A stretch of DNA of 64,000 nt from Verrucomicrobiales bacterium (GTDB taxonomy: Bacteria; Verrucomicrobiota; Verrucomicrobiia; Verrucomicrobiales; DEV007), in NCBI GenBank assembly GCA_965657775.1, contig CBFHPY010000008.1:687786-751785 (forward strand), read 5' to 3'. The notes under the pieces were generated by a model. That model was not told where the DNA came from, did no database searches, and saw nothing but the letters and a program-made list of their open reading frames with translations. A program made the position numbers and the translations under genes. The number at the start of each line of letters is the position of its first letter. Position 1 is the stretch's first letter. Positions 9,321-18,957 of the stretch are shown piece by piece.

Positions 9321-9886
9321 TTAGAATCAGGCGATGAACTTTCCGCTGGTTCTGGTGGATACAGGAGAAGGGGAAGGGGAAGGTTGTTTTTTGCATTGGG
9401 AGGATCATCTGCATCTTTCGCTTCAGGCTCGAGAGGGTCCTCACCCGGCTCAATATCGAAGAACGAAGAAGTTTGCTTCGTATCAAAGATCGGCATCGCG
9501 ATGTTCTTGGTGCCTGGTATGAGGAGGATCTTGTTCGCATCTTTTGTTTCTGGTGCCGTCGCGACTGCTTTATCAATCAAGGCATCAATGCTCTCTACGG
9601 TCAGGGGAACTTCCTTTCTTCCCTCCTGGGTAATGAGCACCCCCACTTTGGTGCCGCTGAACATCGCGTGCGAATCTGGCGGAAGCTCAACCGGATCAAC
9701 GAATACCGGACCCGATTTCGACGTGCTGAACATGGTTGGGGTTACCGGGGTCTGCGGAAATTCCGGAACTGAGTCTTCCGTGGCGAATGGCCCGATTTCC
9801 TGGCGAAAGCAAACGTATCCGACCAGCATTGTCAGCGCGAATAGCACGGTCACGATTCTCGCGAGAACCAATCCCAAAGGTTTCAT
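9317..9886 (-). CDS. Hypothetical membrane-anchored protein
   Basis: N-terminal hydrophobic helix from ATG 9886; its stop overlaps the desaturase start by 4 nt (ATGA). Confidence 0.6.
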   Translation of the reverse strand: MKPLGLVLARIVTVLFALTMLVGYVCFRQEIGPFATEDSVPEFPQTPVTPTMFSTSKSGPVFVDPVELPPDSHAMFSGTKVGVLITQEGRKEVPLTVESIDALIDKAVATAPETKDANKILLIPGTKNIAMPIFDTKQTSSFFDIEPGEDPLEPEAKDADDPPNAKNNLPLPLLLYPPEPAESSSPDSK

Positions 9887-10097
9887 GCTCGGAATGGTAT
9901 CAAAAGCAGGGTGGTAAGTCTTTGTAAAAATGTCCGATTGAGGATCGGTATCTGGAACGGGGAGGTCCTGCAGATTCCTCTGCATGGAATTGACCTGTAA
10001 GAGGGTTTGACCATACTTGCTCTTTTGTTTCAGGTGACGATTGCTTCGGGCTCGCGAGCCGATCTTGCGAAAGGACAGGAGCGTGTCATTCAGACAC

Positions 10098-10130
10098 AAA
10101 AAAGCCTCACCGTTTCCGGTGAGGCTTTTT
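10098..10130. terminator. Intrinsic terminator downstream of clpP (bidirectional form)
   Basis: AAAAAAGCCTCACCG-TTTC-CGGTGAGGCTTTTT perfect stem flanked by A and T tracts. Confidence 0.88.
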
Positions 10131-10152
10131 CAAAGTGTAATAGATCGAGGAT

Positions 10153-10812
10153 TTACTTGTCGTCGGTCTTGGTGAGGACCTTGTCGATGAGGCCATACTT
10201 CGCAGCGACCTCAGCAGGCATGTAGTTATCTCGGTCAGCATCGTTCTCGATCTCGTCCACGGTTTTTCCGGTGTGGAAAGAGAGGATCTCGTTGAGGCGC
10301 TTTTTCAAGGAATACATGAACTCTACGGTCCGCTCGACGTCCGAGGCAGTACCCTGAGCACCACCGGAAACCTGGTGGATCATGATGTGGGCGTTGGGGA
10401 GAGCATATCGCTTGCCCTTTGTTCCTGCGGTGAGGAGGACAGCACCCATACTTGCAGCCATTCCCATACAGTAAGTGTTCACATCGCAGGTAACGAACTG
10501 CATCGTGTCATAGATCGCGAGACCAGCGGTGACCGATCCACCAGGACTGTTGATGTAGATATTGATATCTTTTCCCGGATCCTGCATCTGCAGGTAGAGC
10601 ATCTGAGCGATGATGTAGTTCGCAAGAGGATCACTGATGCCTTCGCCAATAAAGATGATGCGATCTTTCATCAGTCGAGAGATGAGATCGAACTGGATCA
10701 TCGAATTGCCTTCCTTCTCGATAACGCTCACGTTTTTCACCGGATCGATGATCCGCTGCTGGAGGTGGGGGGGAAGCAAAGGGGAGAGTTCTTGGACGTC
10801 GTCTAGAGACAT
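10153..10812 (-). CDS. clpP: ATP-dependent Clp protease proteolytic subunit
   Basis: SRLMKDRIIF, YINSPGGSV, GMAASMG (Ser), IMIHQ (His), DRDNYM (Asp). Start uncertain (10812, 10887 or 10905). Confidence 0.95.
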   Translation of the reverse strand: MSLDDVQELSPLLPPHLQQRIIDPVKNVSVIEKEGNSMIQFDLISRLMKDRIIFIGEGISDPLANYIIAQMLYLQMQDPGKDINIYINSPGGSVTAGLAIYDTMQFVTCDVNTYCMGMAASMGAVLLTAGTKGKRYALPNAHIMIHQVSGGAQGTASDVERTVEFMYSLKKRLNEILSFHTGKTVDEIENDADRDNYMPAEVAAKYGLIDKVLTKTDDK

Positions 10813-10879
10813 AGCAGATAATTTAGAAAAGGGGTTACGGATACGGTCCCAGGTCTGAGTCACCGAAACCGGGAGAAAC

Positions 10880-12217
10880 TTACGCATCTTCTTCCGGAGG
10901 ATCAACCTCAGTCACGACAGCATTGTCGCGGAGAAACTGGATCGTCTTGGAAATGAGGATGTCCTGGCGAAGCTCGCCATAGGCATTTTTGTCACGTAGC
11001 TCGCGAGCGACCTTCTTAGGGGGGCGCTGTTGTTGCATCGCCATCATCATGACGCGCTGGGAAACTTCTTCTTCGCTGACAGTGAGGCCTTCCTTTTCGG
11101 CAATCTCATCGAGGATGAACATCGTTTTCACGTTGTTCTTGGCCTGATTCTCCGCATTCTTGAGCAGATCTCCCTGACTATCTTCGATGTCAGACTCGCT
11201 CATCCCCTGCTCATATCCGCGTGAAACCATTTGGTTCACTTGGCGTTGTGTCTCGTTGAACACAATGTGTTCGGGGAGTTCGAAGGACATTTCTTCATTC
11301 AGGTGTGCGAGGATCTGATTGTCGATCATCTGGGTGCGAGACTGTTCCTTCTGCTGCTCAAACTGACCTCTCACGTTTTCCTTGAGAGCATCGAGAGACT
11401 CAGCTCCGACCGCTTTTGCAAAGTCATCATTGATTTCAGGAAGCTCGCGCTCCTTGACCTGGGTTGCGGTGATCTCGTATGAGACCGTTTTTCCGGCAAC
11501 TGCTTCGACAGGGAAGTCTTCGGCATAGGTCGCATCGAAGGTCTTCTCGTCACCTGCCTCCATTCCAATCACCTGCTCAGAGAGGCCCGGAATAAACTCG
11601 CGGCTTTCTCCGCCTTCTTCGGGAACATCGACCCAGTGGCCTTCTCCTTTGGCCAGGGGACCGGCCTGTTCTTCGAGCTTATCTTCGAGAGATTCACCAT
11701 CAAGAGTTCCTGTGTAGCTGACAATAACGAGGTCTCCGGCACCGGCGGCGCGTTCTACGTCGGTAGGAACAGCCTGCTGCTTGCCCATGTTGTCGAGATA
11801 CCCATCGACCATGTCGTCGGTGATATCGATCTTCTGGATTTCGACAGCGATCTCCTTGTAGTCGGCAATTTCGACTTCAGGTTCGGTCACGACTTCAACG
11901 GCAAGAAGATAAGAGCCATCGGTTTCGAACTGTTCACGTTCGACTTGGGAAATACCGAGAATAATCAGGTCCTCTTTCGTACGTGCCTCGCCATAGGCAG
12001 AGCGAGCGAGACGGTCTTTCAGCTCGTCTTCGATGGGAGCTGCGTAGCGCTTCTCGATAACAGCAATCGGGATCTTTCCGGGGCGAAAACCGGGGACCTT
12101 GGCTTGCTGAGTGTATGCTTTGACGATCTCTTTCCGTGCATTTTGGACGGTTTCGGCCGGAATTTCGGCAGAAAGGCGTGCTTTGCACTCCGGGAGGCGT
12201 TCGACAGAAATATTCAT
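10880..12217 (-). CDS. tig: Trigger factor
   Basis: VPGFRPGKIP ribosome-binding motif, FKBP-like middle domain (FIPGLSEQVIGM), located upstream of clpP. Confidence 0.95.
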   Translation of the reverse strand: MNISVERLPECKARLSAEIPAETVQNARKEIVKAYTQQAKVPGFRPGKIPIAVIEKRYAAPIEDELKDRLARSAYGEARTKEDLIILGISQVEREQFETDGSYLLAVEVVTEPEVEIADYKEIAVEIQKIDITDDMVDGYLDNMGKQQAVPTDVERAAGAGDLVIVSYTGTLDGESLEDKLEEQAGPLAKGEGHWVDVPEEGGESREFIPGLSEQVIGMEAGDEKTFDATYAEDFPVEAVAGKTVSYEITATQVKERELPEINDDFAKAVGAESLDALKENVRGQFEQQKEQSRTQMIDNQILAHLNEEMSFELPEHIVFNETQRQVNQMVSRGYEQGMSESDIEDSQGDLLKNAENQAKNNVKTMFILDEIAEKEGLTVSEEEVSQRVMMMAMQQQRPPKKVARELRDKNAYGELRQDILISKTIQFLRDNAVVTEVDPPEEDA

Positions 12218-12323
12218 AGGGAATCAACTGGGTAACCCCTTTCCAGAGCTGCTCCGGGGCAGGGGGGCGGGAATCTAGATCAGACGGGAGGGGTTTGCAC
12301 CCTATAAATTTGGAGGATTGAGC

Positions 12324-13076
12324 TCACTTTTCGATAAGGAAATTGGACAGGTCAGCCGGCAATTCGCACTTCCATTCCTCTTCACGCCATCCAAATCCAG
12401 AGGCATGGAGCGCCTGCCGATGATGGAGGAGCTTCTGCTCCAGCTCATGAGTCCACCCTGTTTCAATGAAATCCAGGTAGCAGTTTTCGTCGGGACCGTA
12501 GATCTTGTCGCCGACGATGGAGTGGCCGGCATACTGAGCGTGAACACGAATCTGGTGCATTCGTCCGGTTTCTGGAAAACAGCGGACCAGCGCGAATTTG
12601 TTCCCGTTGGAAGTCTTTTTTTCGAAACGTGATTCAACGACAAATCGGGTTCGGGACTCTTTTCCGTCGGGATGGACGAGTTGTTTGACCCAGATTGGAG
12701 AAGGCTTTTTCTCACCTTTTCTCAACAAGGGGGCATCGACGGTGAACTCATCATTTTCTGGCCAATCCCAGACAATGGCGTGGTAGGATTTACGAAATTC
12801 CCGTCTTTCCATCGCCATTCCCAGCATACGCGCAGCAGCTTTGTGTTTGGCTACGAGGATGATTCCGCTCGTTTCGCGATCGAGACGATTGATGAGCGAA
12901 AGCTGCCCGCCTGTCGCCAGTTCATAAATACAGAGGGCCTCGAGCCCTTCCAGTAACGTTGGTGCATTCCCCGGCTGAGTCGGATGGACGATGAGATGGG
13001 CGGGCTTGTCGACGAGCAGAAAGTCTTCGTTTTCAAAAACGATAGAAAATTCGGGAGTCTGGAGTCGGAGATCGAT
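12324..13076 (-). CDS. RluA-family pseudouridine synthase (start codon non-canonical or uncertain)
   Basis: ORF track gives only 12324..12827. Manual translation shows the same frame open to 13139 and encoding IVFENEDFLLVDKPAHLIVHP...INRLDRETSG (catalytic Asp); the C-terminal half has PETGRMHQIRVH and RQALH. The 5' coordinate given is a candidate ATC. Confidence 0.85.
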   Translation of the reverse strand: MDLRLQTPEFSIVFENEDFLLVDKPAHLIVHPTQPGNAPTLLEGLEALCIYELATGGQLSLINRLDRETSGIILVAKHKAAARMLGMAMERREFRKSYHAIVWDWPENDEFTVDAPLLRKGEKKPSPIWVKQLVHPDGKESRTRFVVESRFEKKTSNGNKFALVRCFPETGRMHQIRVHAQYAGHSIVGDKIYGPDENCYLDFIETGWTHELEQKLLHHRQALHASGFGWREEEWKCELPADLSNFLIEK

Positions 13077-13274
13077 GGGAAATCTTACGCCTTTTCCTTT
13101 TCGGAATCCTTTTCTTTTTCTGCCCCTTTGCAGGCCTTTTCAGTTTCCGTCGAGAGAAAAAGGAGTGGAACAAAGAAAAAGAGGCCGAGCCGGAGTGCAG
13201 CCTTTCCTACTGGACTATCGCCTCGATTGCGCTAGTGGTTCCCCCTTTCCCATACCCACTGGATTCTAAAACCC

Positions 13275-14585
13275 ATGTCGGCTCCGAAACAAAAAACCCT
13301 CGCCTCGTCGTCTACGATTACCGGCACTTCCCTTCATACTGGAGCGCAGGTCACCCTGACGATGAAACCGGCTCCGGCCAATCAAGGTATCAAGTTCCGA
13401 CGCGTTGACCTGGACGATCAGCCATTTATTGATGCGCACGTCTCCAAGGTGCAGACTGTCGAGAGAGCGACGACTCTGGCTCAGGGATCCGTTAAAGTGC
13501 ATACGGTCGAGCACGTCATCTCCGCTCTCGTCGGAATGGGCGTCGACAACGCAGTCATCGAAATGGATGCAAACGAGCCTCCGATTGGCGACGGTTCTGC
13601 AGCTCCTTTTGTCGATTGCATCAAGAAGGCCGGAATCGAGGAGCAGGATGCGATTCTGAGTGTCTTCGAGGTTCGGGAACCGATTCACCTCGAGACCAAA
13701 AACGGCTCGCTCATCACGATTGTCCCGGACAAGAGTTTTCGCGTTTCCTGCACCCAGGTCGGTCCCGATGGTCGAATGACCCAGTTTTACTCCACCGAAG
13801 TGACTCCTGAGATCTACGAGAAGGAAATCGCTGATGCGCGCACGTTCGTGTTTTACGAGGATGTTCAGCCCCTCCTCGAGAAAGGATTGATCAAAGGTGG
13901 CAGCCTTGAGAATGCCATCGTGATCAAAGGCGATTCGGTCATGAGTAAAGAGTCACTCCGCCACAAGGAGGAGTTTGCTCGTCATAAGATTCTCGACATC
14001 ATCGGTGACCTCATGCTGAGCGGGAAGCGGATCATGGGTCATGTCATTGCGGTGAAGCCTGGTCATGGACCGAATACCGAAATGGCGGAAAAGCTGGCCA
14101 AGACCTTTGCTCAGACCAAGGCGATGGTTCCTTCGGTCAATATCCCGACCGGCGAAGGCGTCATGGACAACGTCGAGGTGCAGAAAGTTCTCCCGCATCG
14201 ATATCCGTTCCTCATGGTGGACCGCATCGTTGGTTTCGAGGGAGAATACAAGTGTACTGGCGTCAAGCAGGTCACGATTAACGAGCCTTATTTTCAGGGG
14301 CACTTCCCAGGTCACCCTGTTATGCCAGGTGTTCTCCAGGTCGAGGCCATGGCCCAGGTTTCGAGCATCACCCTGCTCCGCCAGCCGGAGAATCAGGGCA
14401 AAATCGGTTACTTCATGAGCGCCGACAAAGTGAAGTTCCGAAAGCCAGTCATGCCAGGCGACACGCTTTTCATTGAAACCGAAATTCTGAAGGTGCGTCG
14501 GAACATTGGCTACGCCAAGTGCCGATGCGTCGTCAACGGCGAGACCACTTCGGAAGCGGAACTGAAGTTCGCGCTGATGGTCTAA
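13275..14585 (+). CDS. lpxC-fabZ: Bifunctional UDP-3-O-acyl-GlcNAc deacetylase / 3-hydroxyacyl-ACP dehydratase
   Basis: LpxC motifs TVEHVISAL and HKILDIIGD, followed by FabZ motifs LPHRYPFLMVDR and GHFPGHPVMPGVL. Confidence 0.96.
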   Translation: MSAPKQKTLASSSTITGTSLHTGAQVTLTMKPAPANQGIKFRRVDLDDQPFIDAHVSKVQTVERATTLAQGSVKVHTVEHVISALVGMGVDNAVIEMDANEPPIGDGSAAPFVDCIKKAGIEEQDAILSVFEVREPIHLETKNGSLITIVPDKSFRVSCTQVGPDGRMTQFYSTEVTPEIYEKEIADARTFVFYEDVQPLLEKGLIKGGSLENAIVIKGDSVMSKESLRHKEEFARHKILDIIGDLMLSGKRIMGHVIAVKPGHGPNTEMAEKLAKTFAQTKAMVPSVNIPTGEGVMDNVEVQKVLPHRYPFLMVDRIVGFEGEYKCTGVKQVTINEPYFQGHFPGHPVMPGVLQVEAMAQVSSITLLRQPENQGKIGYFMSADKVKFRKPVMPGDTLFIETEILKVRRNIGYAKCRCVVNGETTSEAELKFALMV

Positions 14586-14620
14586 GGAAACTCCTTTGAT
14601 CTCGTTCCACTGATAGACTC

Positions 14621-15394
14621 ATGGCCAACCAGATTCACCCTACTGCTGTCATAGATTCGAGCGTAGAGCTCGGCGACGGCATTGAGATTGGACCCTACTC
14701 TGTGATCCAGGCTGGGGTAAAAATCGGTGATGGTTGTCGGTTGCAGAATCATGTTTCGATAGCCGGACCCACAGAGATCGGCGCCGGAAACGAGTTCTTC
14801 CCTTACTCATCGATTGGTCAGCGTTCGCAGGATTTGAAATACGAGGGCGAGCCGACCTATCTCAAGATCGGCGATCAGAATGTCTTTCGCGAACTCTGTA
14901 CCGTAAATCGAGGAACCGCTCCAGAGTCCTACACGACGATCGGAAGCCATGGAAATTTTCTCGCCTACAGTCATATCGCTCACGACTGTATTGTCGGAGA
15001 CCACGTCATTTTTTCGAATAACGGAACCCTCGCGGGCCATGTCACGGTGGAAGATTATGCGATCATGGGAGGGCTTACTGCGGTGCATCAGTTTTGCCGC
15101 ATTGGAGCTCACGCGATCACTGGCGGTTGCTCTAAGATCGTTCAGGACGTGCCGCCATATATGGTTGCCGATGGGAACCCAGGCAAAGTTCGTGCAATTA
15201 ATTCCGTCGGACTCAAGCGGCGTGGTTTCAGCGAAGAAAAGATGGCTGCAATCAAGCACGCACACCGTGTGCTCTATCGCGAAAATCGGAACTGCCGCGA
15301 GGCGGTGGAAATCCTCCGCGAAGAGAAGGATCGTTTCCCTGAAGTCGATCACCTGATCGACTTTGTTGCGGCTTCCGAGCGCGGGATATCGTGA
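14621..15394 (+). CDS. lpxA: Acyl-ACP--UDP-N-acetylglucosamine O-acyltransferase
   Basis: Hexapeptide repeats, QDLKY, HIAHDC, VHQFCRIG; follows lpxC-fabZ. Confidence 0.96.
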   Translation: MANQIHPTAVIDSSVELGDGIEIGPYSVIQAGVKIGDGCRLQNHVSIAGPTEIGAGNEFFPYSSIGQRSQDLKYEGEPTYLKIGDQNVFRELCTVNRGTAPESYTTIGSHGNFLAYSHIAHDCIVGDHVIFSNNGTLAGHVTVEDYAIMGGLTAVHQFCRIGAHAITGGCSKIVQDVPPYMVADGNPGKVRAINSVGLKRRGFSEEKMAAIKHAHRVLYRENRNCREAVEILREEKDRFPEVDHLIDFVAASERGIS

Positions 15395-15486
15395 TTCGAT
15401 TTTTCTTCGAAATCGATTGAGGCTCTCCGGAAATCAGGGAGAAAGAGACTCCCCATTTCCGGGATTTCCCCTATATTCATCAACTG

Positions 15487-16893
15487 ATGAAAATCCCTCT
15501 TCTCTCTTTTCTTGCCCTGTCTTTCACTGCGTTCGGTCTTGCCGCCGAAAAGCCCAACATCATTTATATCATGGCCGATGACCTCGGGTGGGCCGAGCTC
15601 GGTAGCTATGGGCAGGAGAAGATCAAGACACCGAATCTGGATCGTCTCGCGAAAGAGGGGATGCGTTTCACGCAGCACTACACTTCGGCTCCTGTTTGTG
15701 CTCCGGCGCGTTATTCGCTGATGACCGGGAAGCACGGTGGACACTCCTATGTGAGAACGAATTTCGAAGTGGGTGAATGGGACAGTCACGAGGGCCAGCT
15801 TCCCATGCCAGAGGGGGAGGTTACGATTGCCGAGATTCTGAAAAAGGAGGGATACGCTACGGGTGCTTTTGGAAAATGGGGGATCGGTCAACCCGGTTCG
15901 GAAGGGGATCCGCTGAACCAGGGATTCGATCGCTTCTATGGATACAATTGCCAGCGCCACGCCCACAATCTGTTTCCCGAATACATCATCGATCAAGACA
16001 AACGAGTTCCGCTGCCGGGAAATACTGCGACGGTATATGGGCAGACCTATGCGCCGAGTAAGATCGCGGAGGAGGCGATCGCATTTGTAGAGAAGCACAA
16101 GGAAGAACCGTTCTTTCTCTACTACCCGACGATCATTCCTCACCTCGCTCTCCAGGTTCCCTACGAAGAGTTGGCTCCCTACATCAATGAGTGGGACGAG
16201 ACACCCTATGTCGGGAAAAGTTACCAGCCTCATCCCACTCCCAAAGCTGCCTATGCCGCGATGATCTCCCACATGGATATGCAGATCGGGCGGTTGCTCG
16301 ACAAGTTGGAAGAACTTGGGCTGACCGAAAATACGGTTGTCTTTTTCACTTCGGACAATGGCACGACTTTCATCAAGCCACAGGTCGACTACGAATTCTT
16401 TGAAAGCGTCGCTCATCTGCGGGGTCTGAAAGGCGAAACCTATGAAGGTGGAATCCGGATTCCAATGATTGTTCGTTGGCCGGAAAAAATCAAACCGGGC
16501 CAAGTTACGGATCATATCAGCGCTCACTACGACGCTCTCGCAACGATCGCAGAAATTGGCGGCGCGAAAGTGGAGTCTCAGCACGATGGTATTTCTTATC
16601 TCCCGACTTTGGTGGGAGAAAAACAAGCTGAGCACGAGTTTCTCTTCTGGGACTTTGCGGGATATGGAGGTCAGGTTGCGTTGCGACAAGGCGACTGGAA
16701 AGCGGTGCGAAAAGGCCTGATCAAGAATCCCGGCGCCAAGCTTGAGCTATACCATTTGTCGAAAGACCCATCGGAATCCAACGACGTCTCGACTGAGTAT
16801 CCGGAGAAGGTGGCCGAGTTCACTCGTCTCATGATCGAATCTCGCGACGAGCCAGAGATTGAGCGTTTCCGGTATTGGAAGTACGAGGAGTAA
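15487..16893 (+). CDS. Arylsulfatase (formylglycine-dependent sulfatase)
   Basis: Signal peptide, NIIYIMADDLG, CAPARYSLMTG (CxPxR), GKWG, SDNG, YEGGIRIP. Confidence 0.93.
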   Translation: MKIPLLSFLALSFTAFGLAAEKPNIIYIMADDLGWAELGSYGQEKIKTPNLDRLAKEGMRFTQHYTSAPVCAPARYSLMTGKHGGHSYVRTNFEVGEWDSHEGQLPMPEGEVTIAEILKKEGYATGAFGKWGIGQPGSEGDPLNQGFDRFYGYNCQRHAHNLFPEYIIDQDKRVPLPGNTATVYGQTYAPSKIAEEAIAFVEKHKEEPFFLYYPTIIPHLALQVPYEELAPYINEWDETPYVGKSYQPHPTPKAAYAAMISHMDMQIGRLLDKLEELGLTENTVVFFTSDNGTTFIKPQVDYEFFESVAHLRGLKGETYEGGIRIPMIVRWPEKIKPGQVTDHISAHYDALATIAEIGGAKVESQHDGISYLPTLVGEKQAEHEFLFWDFAGYGGQVALRQGDWKAVRKGLIKNPGAKLELYHLSKDPSESNDVSTEYPEKVAEFTRLMIESRDEPEIERFRYWKYEE

Positions 16894-16926
16894 GTCGCTC
16901 TCGCTCTGGTAATCGTATCCCCTCTC

Positions 16927-17745
16927 ATGCCGGAACTGGCCGAAGTTGAGTTTTTTCGAAAGAAGTGGAATCCCGGGATTGGGGATTCCGTCGAAAGCGT
17001 GCTGACTCATCCGAAGGCTCGGATTTACCGGGACATTCCGGCACCTGCCGTTCGAAAGGGACTGACTGGTCGTGTATTGATCGGCAGCGAGACCCATGGC
17101 AAACAGATGATGTTTCGGTTTTCGGGTGGAGCTTGGTTGGGTCTCCATCTCGGGATGACGGGCAAGCTCTTCACTGCGGATCTCGACTACGAGCCTATCA
17201 AAAGTGATCATTTGGTGTTGGTGTCAGGAAGTCGGCAGCTTGTTTTCAGCGACTACCGGATGTTCGGGAAATTGACCCTCGACCTCACCGCCGACGAGGC
17301 TGGCCCTGAGTGGTGGAAGGCGCTCCCTCCTCGAACGCTGGATCAGGGTTTCACCAAAAAATATCACGCCATTTTTCTGCGTCGATTTCCGAAGACACCA
17401 CTCAAGACGCTGCTCCTCGATCAACGGGGTTACCCGGGAGTTGGAAATTGGATGGCCGACGAGATCTGCTGGCGCTTAAAGATCCCACCCCAGACTCCGG
17501 TGGGAATCATTGCAGATGACGCGATCGACGAAGTTTGGAAGATGACCCGAAAAGTTTCCCGTGATGCGCTCCGGGTGATCGGAGATACCTGGGACACTCC
17601 TCCGCGGACGTGGCTTTTTACCCACCGATGGAAAGACGGCGGCAACTGCCCTCGGCGTGGATGCGGAGTGGAGTTACTTCGCGCCGAGCTTCGAGGAAGA
17701 ACGGCCTGCTGGTGTCCCAAGTGCCAGGTTGCTCCGGGTGTATAG
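16927..17745 (+). CDS. Fpg/Nei family DNA glycosylase
   Basis: N-terminal MPELAEVE, HLGMTG, H2TH motif GVGNWMADE, C-terminal zinc finger CPRRGC...CPKCQ. Confidence 0.9.
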   Translation: MPELAEVEFFRKKWNPGIGDSVESVLTHPKARIYRDIPAPAVRKGLTGRVLIGSETHGKQMMFRFSGGAWLGLHLGMTGKLFTADLDYEPIKSDHLVLVSGSRQLVFSDYRMFGKLTLDLTADEAGPEWWKALPPRTLDQGFTKKYHAIFLRRFPKTPLKTLLLDQRGYPGVGNWMADEICWRLKIPPQTPVGIIADDAIDEVWKMTRKVSRDALRVIGDTWDTPPRTWLFTHRWKDGGNCPRRGCGVELLRAELRGRTACWCPKCQVAPGV

Positions 17746-17822
17746 AGGGCGAAAACTCCTAGGTAGAAACGCCGACTCATTTTGCAATGGGACTCATCAA
17801 AAGGAGAGGCTACCTATAAGAT

Positions 17823-18533
17823 ATGAGCCTGCTTTCTTCACGCACTGAAGAGGAGTCCCGTGTGATTCCGTTTTTTCTCGATGTGCTTCGTTATCCGTTA
17901 ACCAAGTCGGGAATTCCCATCCTCATCGTCGGAGTGATTCTCCTCTTGGCTTCGAATTTTGCTTCCATTCTGCCCCTGATAGGGCTCTTCGCACTACTGT
18001 TCATTTTCGCCTATCTTAGTGGCCTCTATTTTGAGCTGATCCACCTTTCCGCGACGGGACAGGATGAGATCTATTGCTTTCCAGATTTGAGCGATATGAT
18101 CGAGGACATCGTCAGACCGGGTTTTCAGGTTTTGGGAGTGTTCCTGATTTCGTTTGCGCCGCTCATTGCCTTTGCGATCTGGGGGGATGAGGCGTCTCTC
18201 TACTACGGGGAGATAGAACTTGGATTGACCGCTTGGGCAGCATTCTATTTTCCGATGGCGATGCTTGCGACCGTTCTCTTTGGAACGATTCGGGGAGCTT
18301 TGCCCCATGTAGTTCTTCCCGCTATCTTTCGGTCAGGACCGCTCTACCTCGTCGCGATCATCCTTACCTTTGGTCTCGCCTGCGCTCAATTGTTTGTTCC
18401 AGAAGTATTGTCTTCTTCGATCTGGATCGGGTCGATCGTGACCGCGCTCGTTTCCATGTTCACACTCATGGCGTCGGCGAGAACGCTGGGACTCCTTTAC
18501 CTGCGTCGGGAAGAAGAACTCGCCTGGTTTTAA
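17823..18533 (+). CDS. Multi-pass membrane protein (DUF4013-like)
   Basis: Several hydrophobic helices; YP...G, YFPMA and ..GLLY pattern recalled from DUF4013-type proteins. Confidence 0.65.
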   Translation: MSLLSSRTEEESRVIPFFLDVLRYPLTKSGIPILIVGVILLLASNFASILPLIGLFALLFIFAYLSGLYFELIHLSATGQDEIYCFPDLSDMIEDIVRPGFQVLGVFLISFAPLIAFAIWGDEASLYYGEIELGLTAWAAFYFPMAMLATVLFGTIRGALPHVVLPAIFRSGPLYLVAIILTFGLACAQLFVPEVLSSSIWIGSIVTALVSMFTLMASARTLGLLYLRREEELAWF

Positions 18534-18555
18534 ACGGGGGATAAGCACTCGGATA

Positions 18556-18957
18556 TTACGTGCCGAACTTCGTCTCCCGATACCCTTCGATTTCCTCGCG
18601 GGAGCGATCGACGCCAGATCATGCGATAGATCAGCGGAGAGAGCGCGGAGAGAGCGCGGATTTCTGCCTGTCCTCTGGCGTCTTTGCCTCAAGGATGGCA
18701 CCGGCAACTGGAGAGAGGGAAAGCCCGTCATGCTGCTTTTGCAGCAGATCGTAGGCTCGTAGAGCCCCGATGGTTTTGCTGGCCACTCCTTGAAAGCTCA
18801 CGTATCCCAGAGCTTTGAGAAGCATGGGGCGCTTGAAAAGAGTCTTCGGGTCGGATGGAAGTTGTTCTGCCAGTTTCTGTAGAAGCACGACAGCTCCTAC
18901 CAGCGGGAAAAAGGGAAAACGAGGGCTACGATTTTCATGGGCCCACTATCCGCTCAT
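18556..18957 (-). pseudogene. Decayed winged-helix-like protein gene
   Basis: One frame reads ATG AGC GGA TAG...ENRSPRFPFFPLVGAV...KALGY...GALRAYDLL...LSLSP, with further TGA stops at 18631 and 18619. Confidence 0.5.

Noticed and set aside
13275-14585. LpxC-FabZ fusion as a novelty
   Set aside because: Established fusion known from several phyla; useful only as a taxonomic hint.
15349-16689. 446-aa antisense ORF, and similar long shadow ORFs such as 30508..31263, 39498..40448, 40910..41788, 45047..45859 and 54872..55546
   Set aside because: Each lies opposite a well-supported gene and has no recognisable motif; expected by-products of codon bias.
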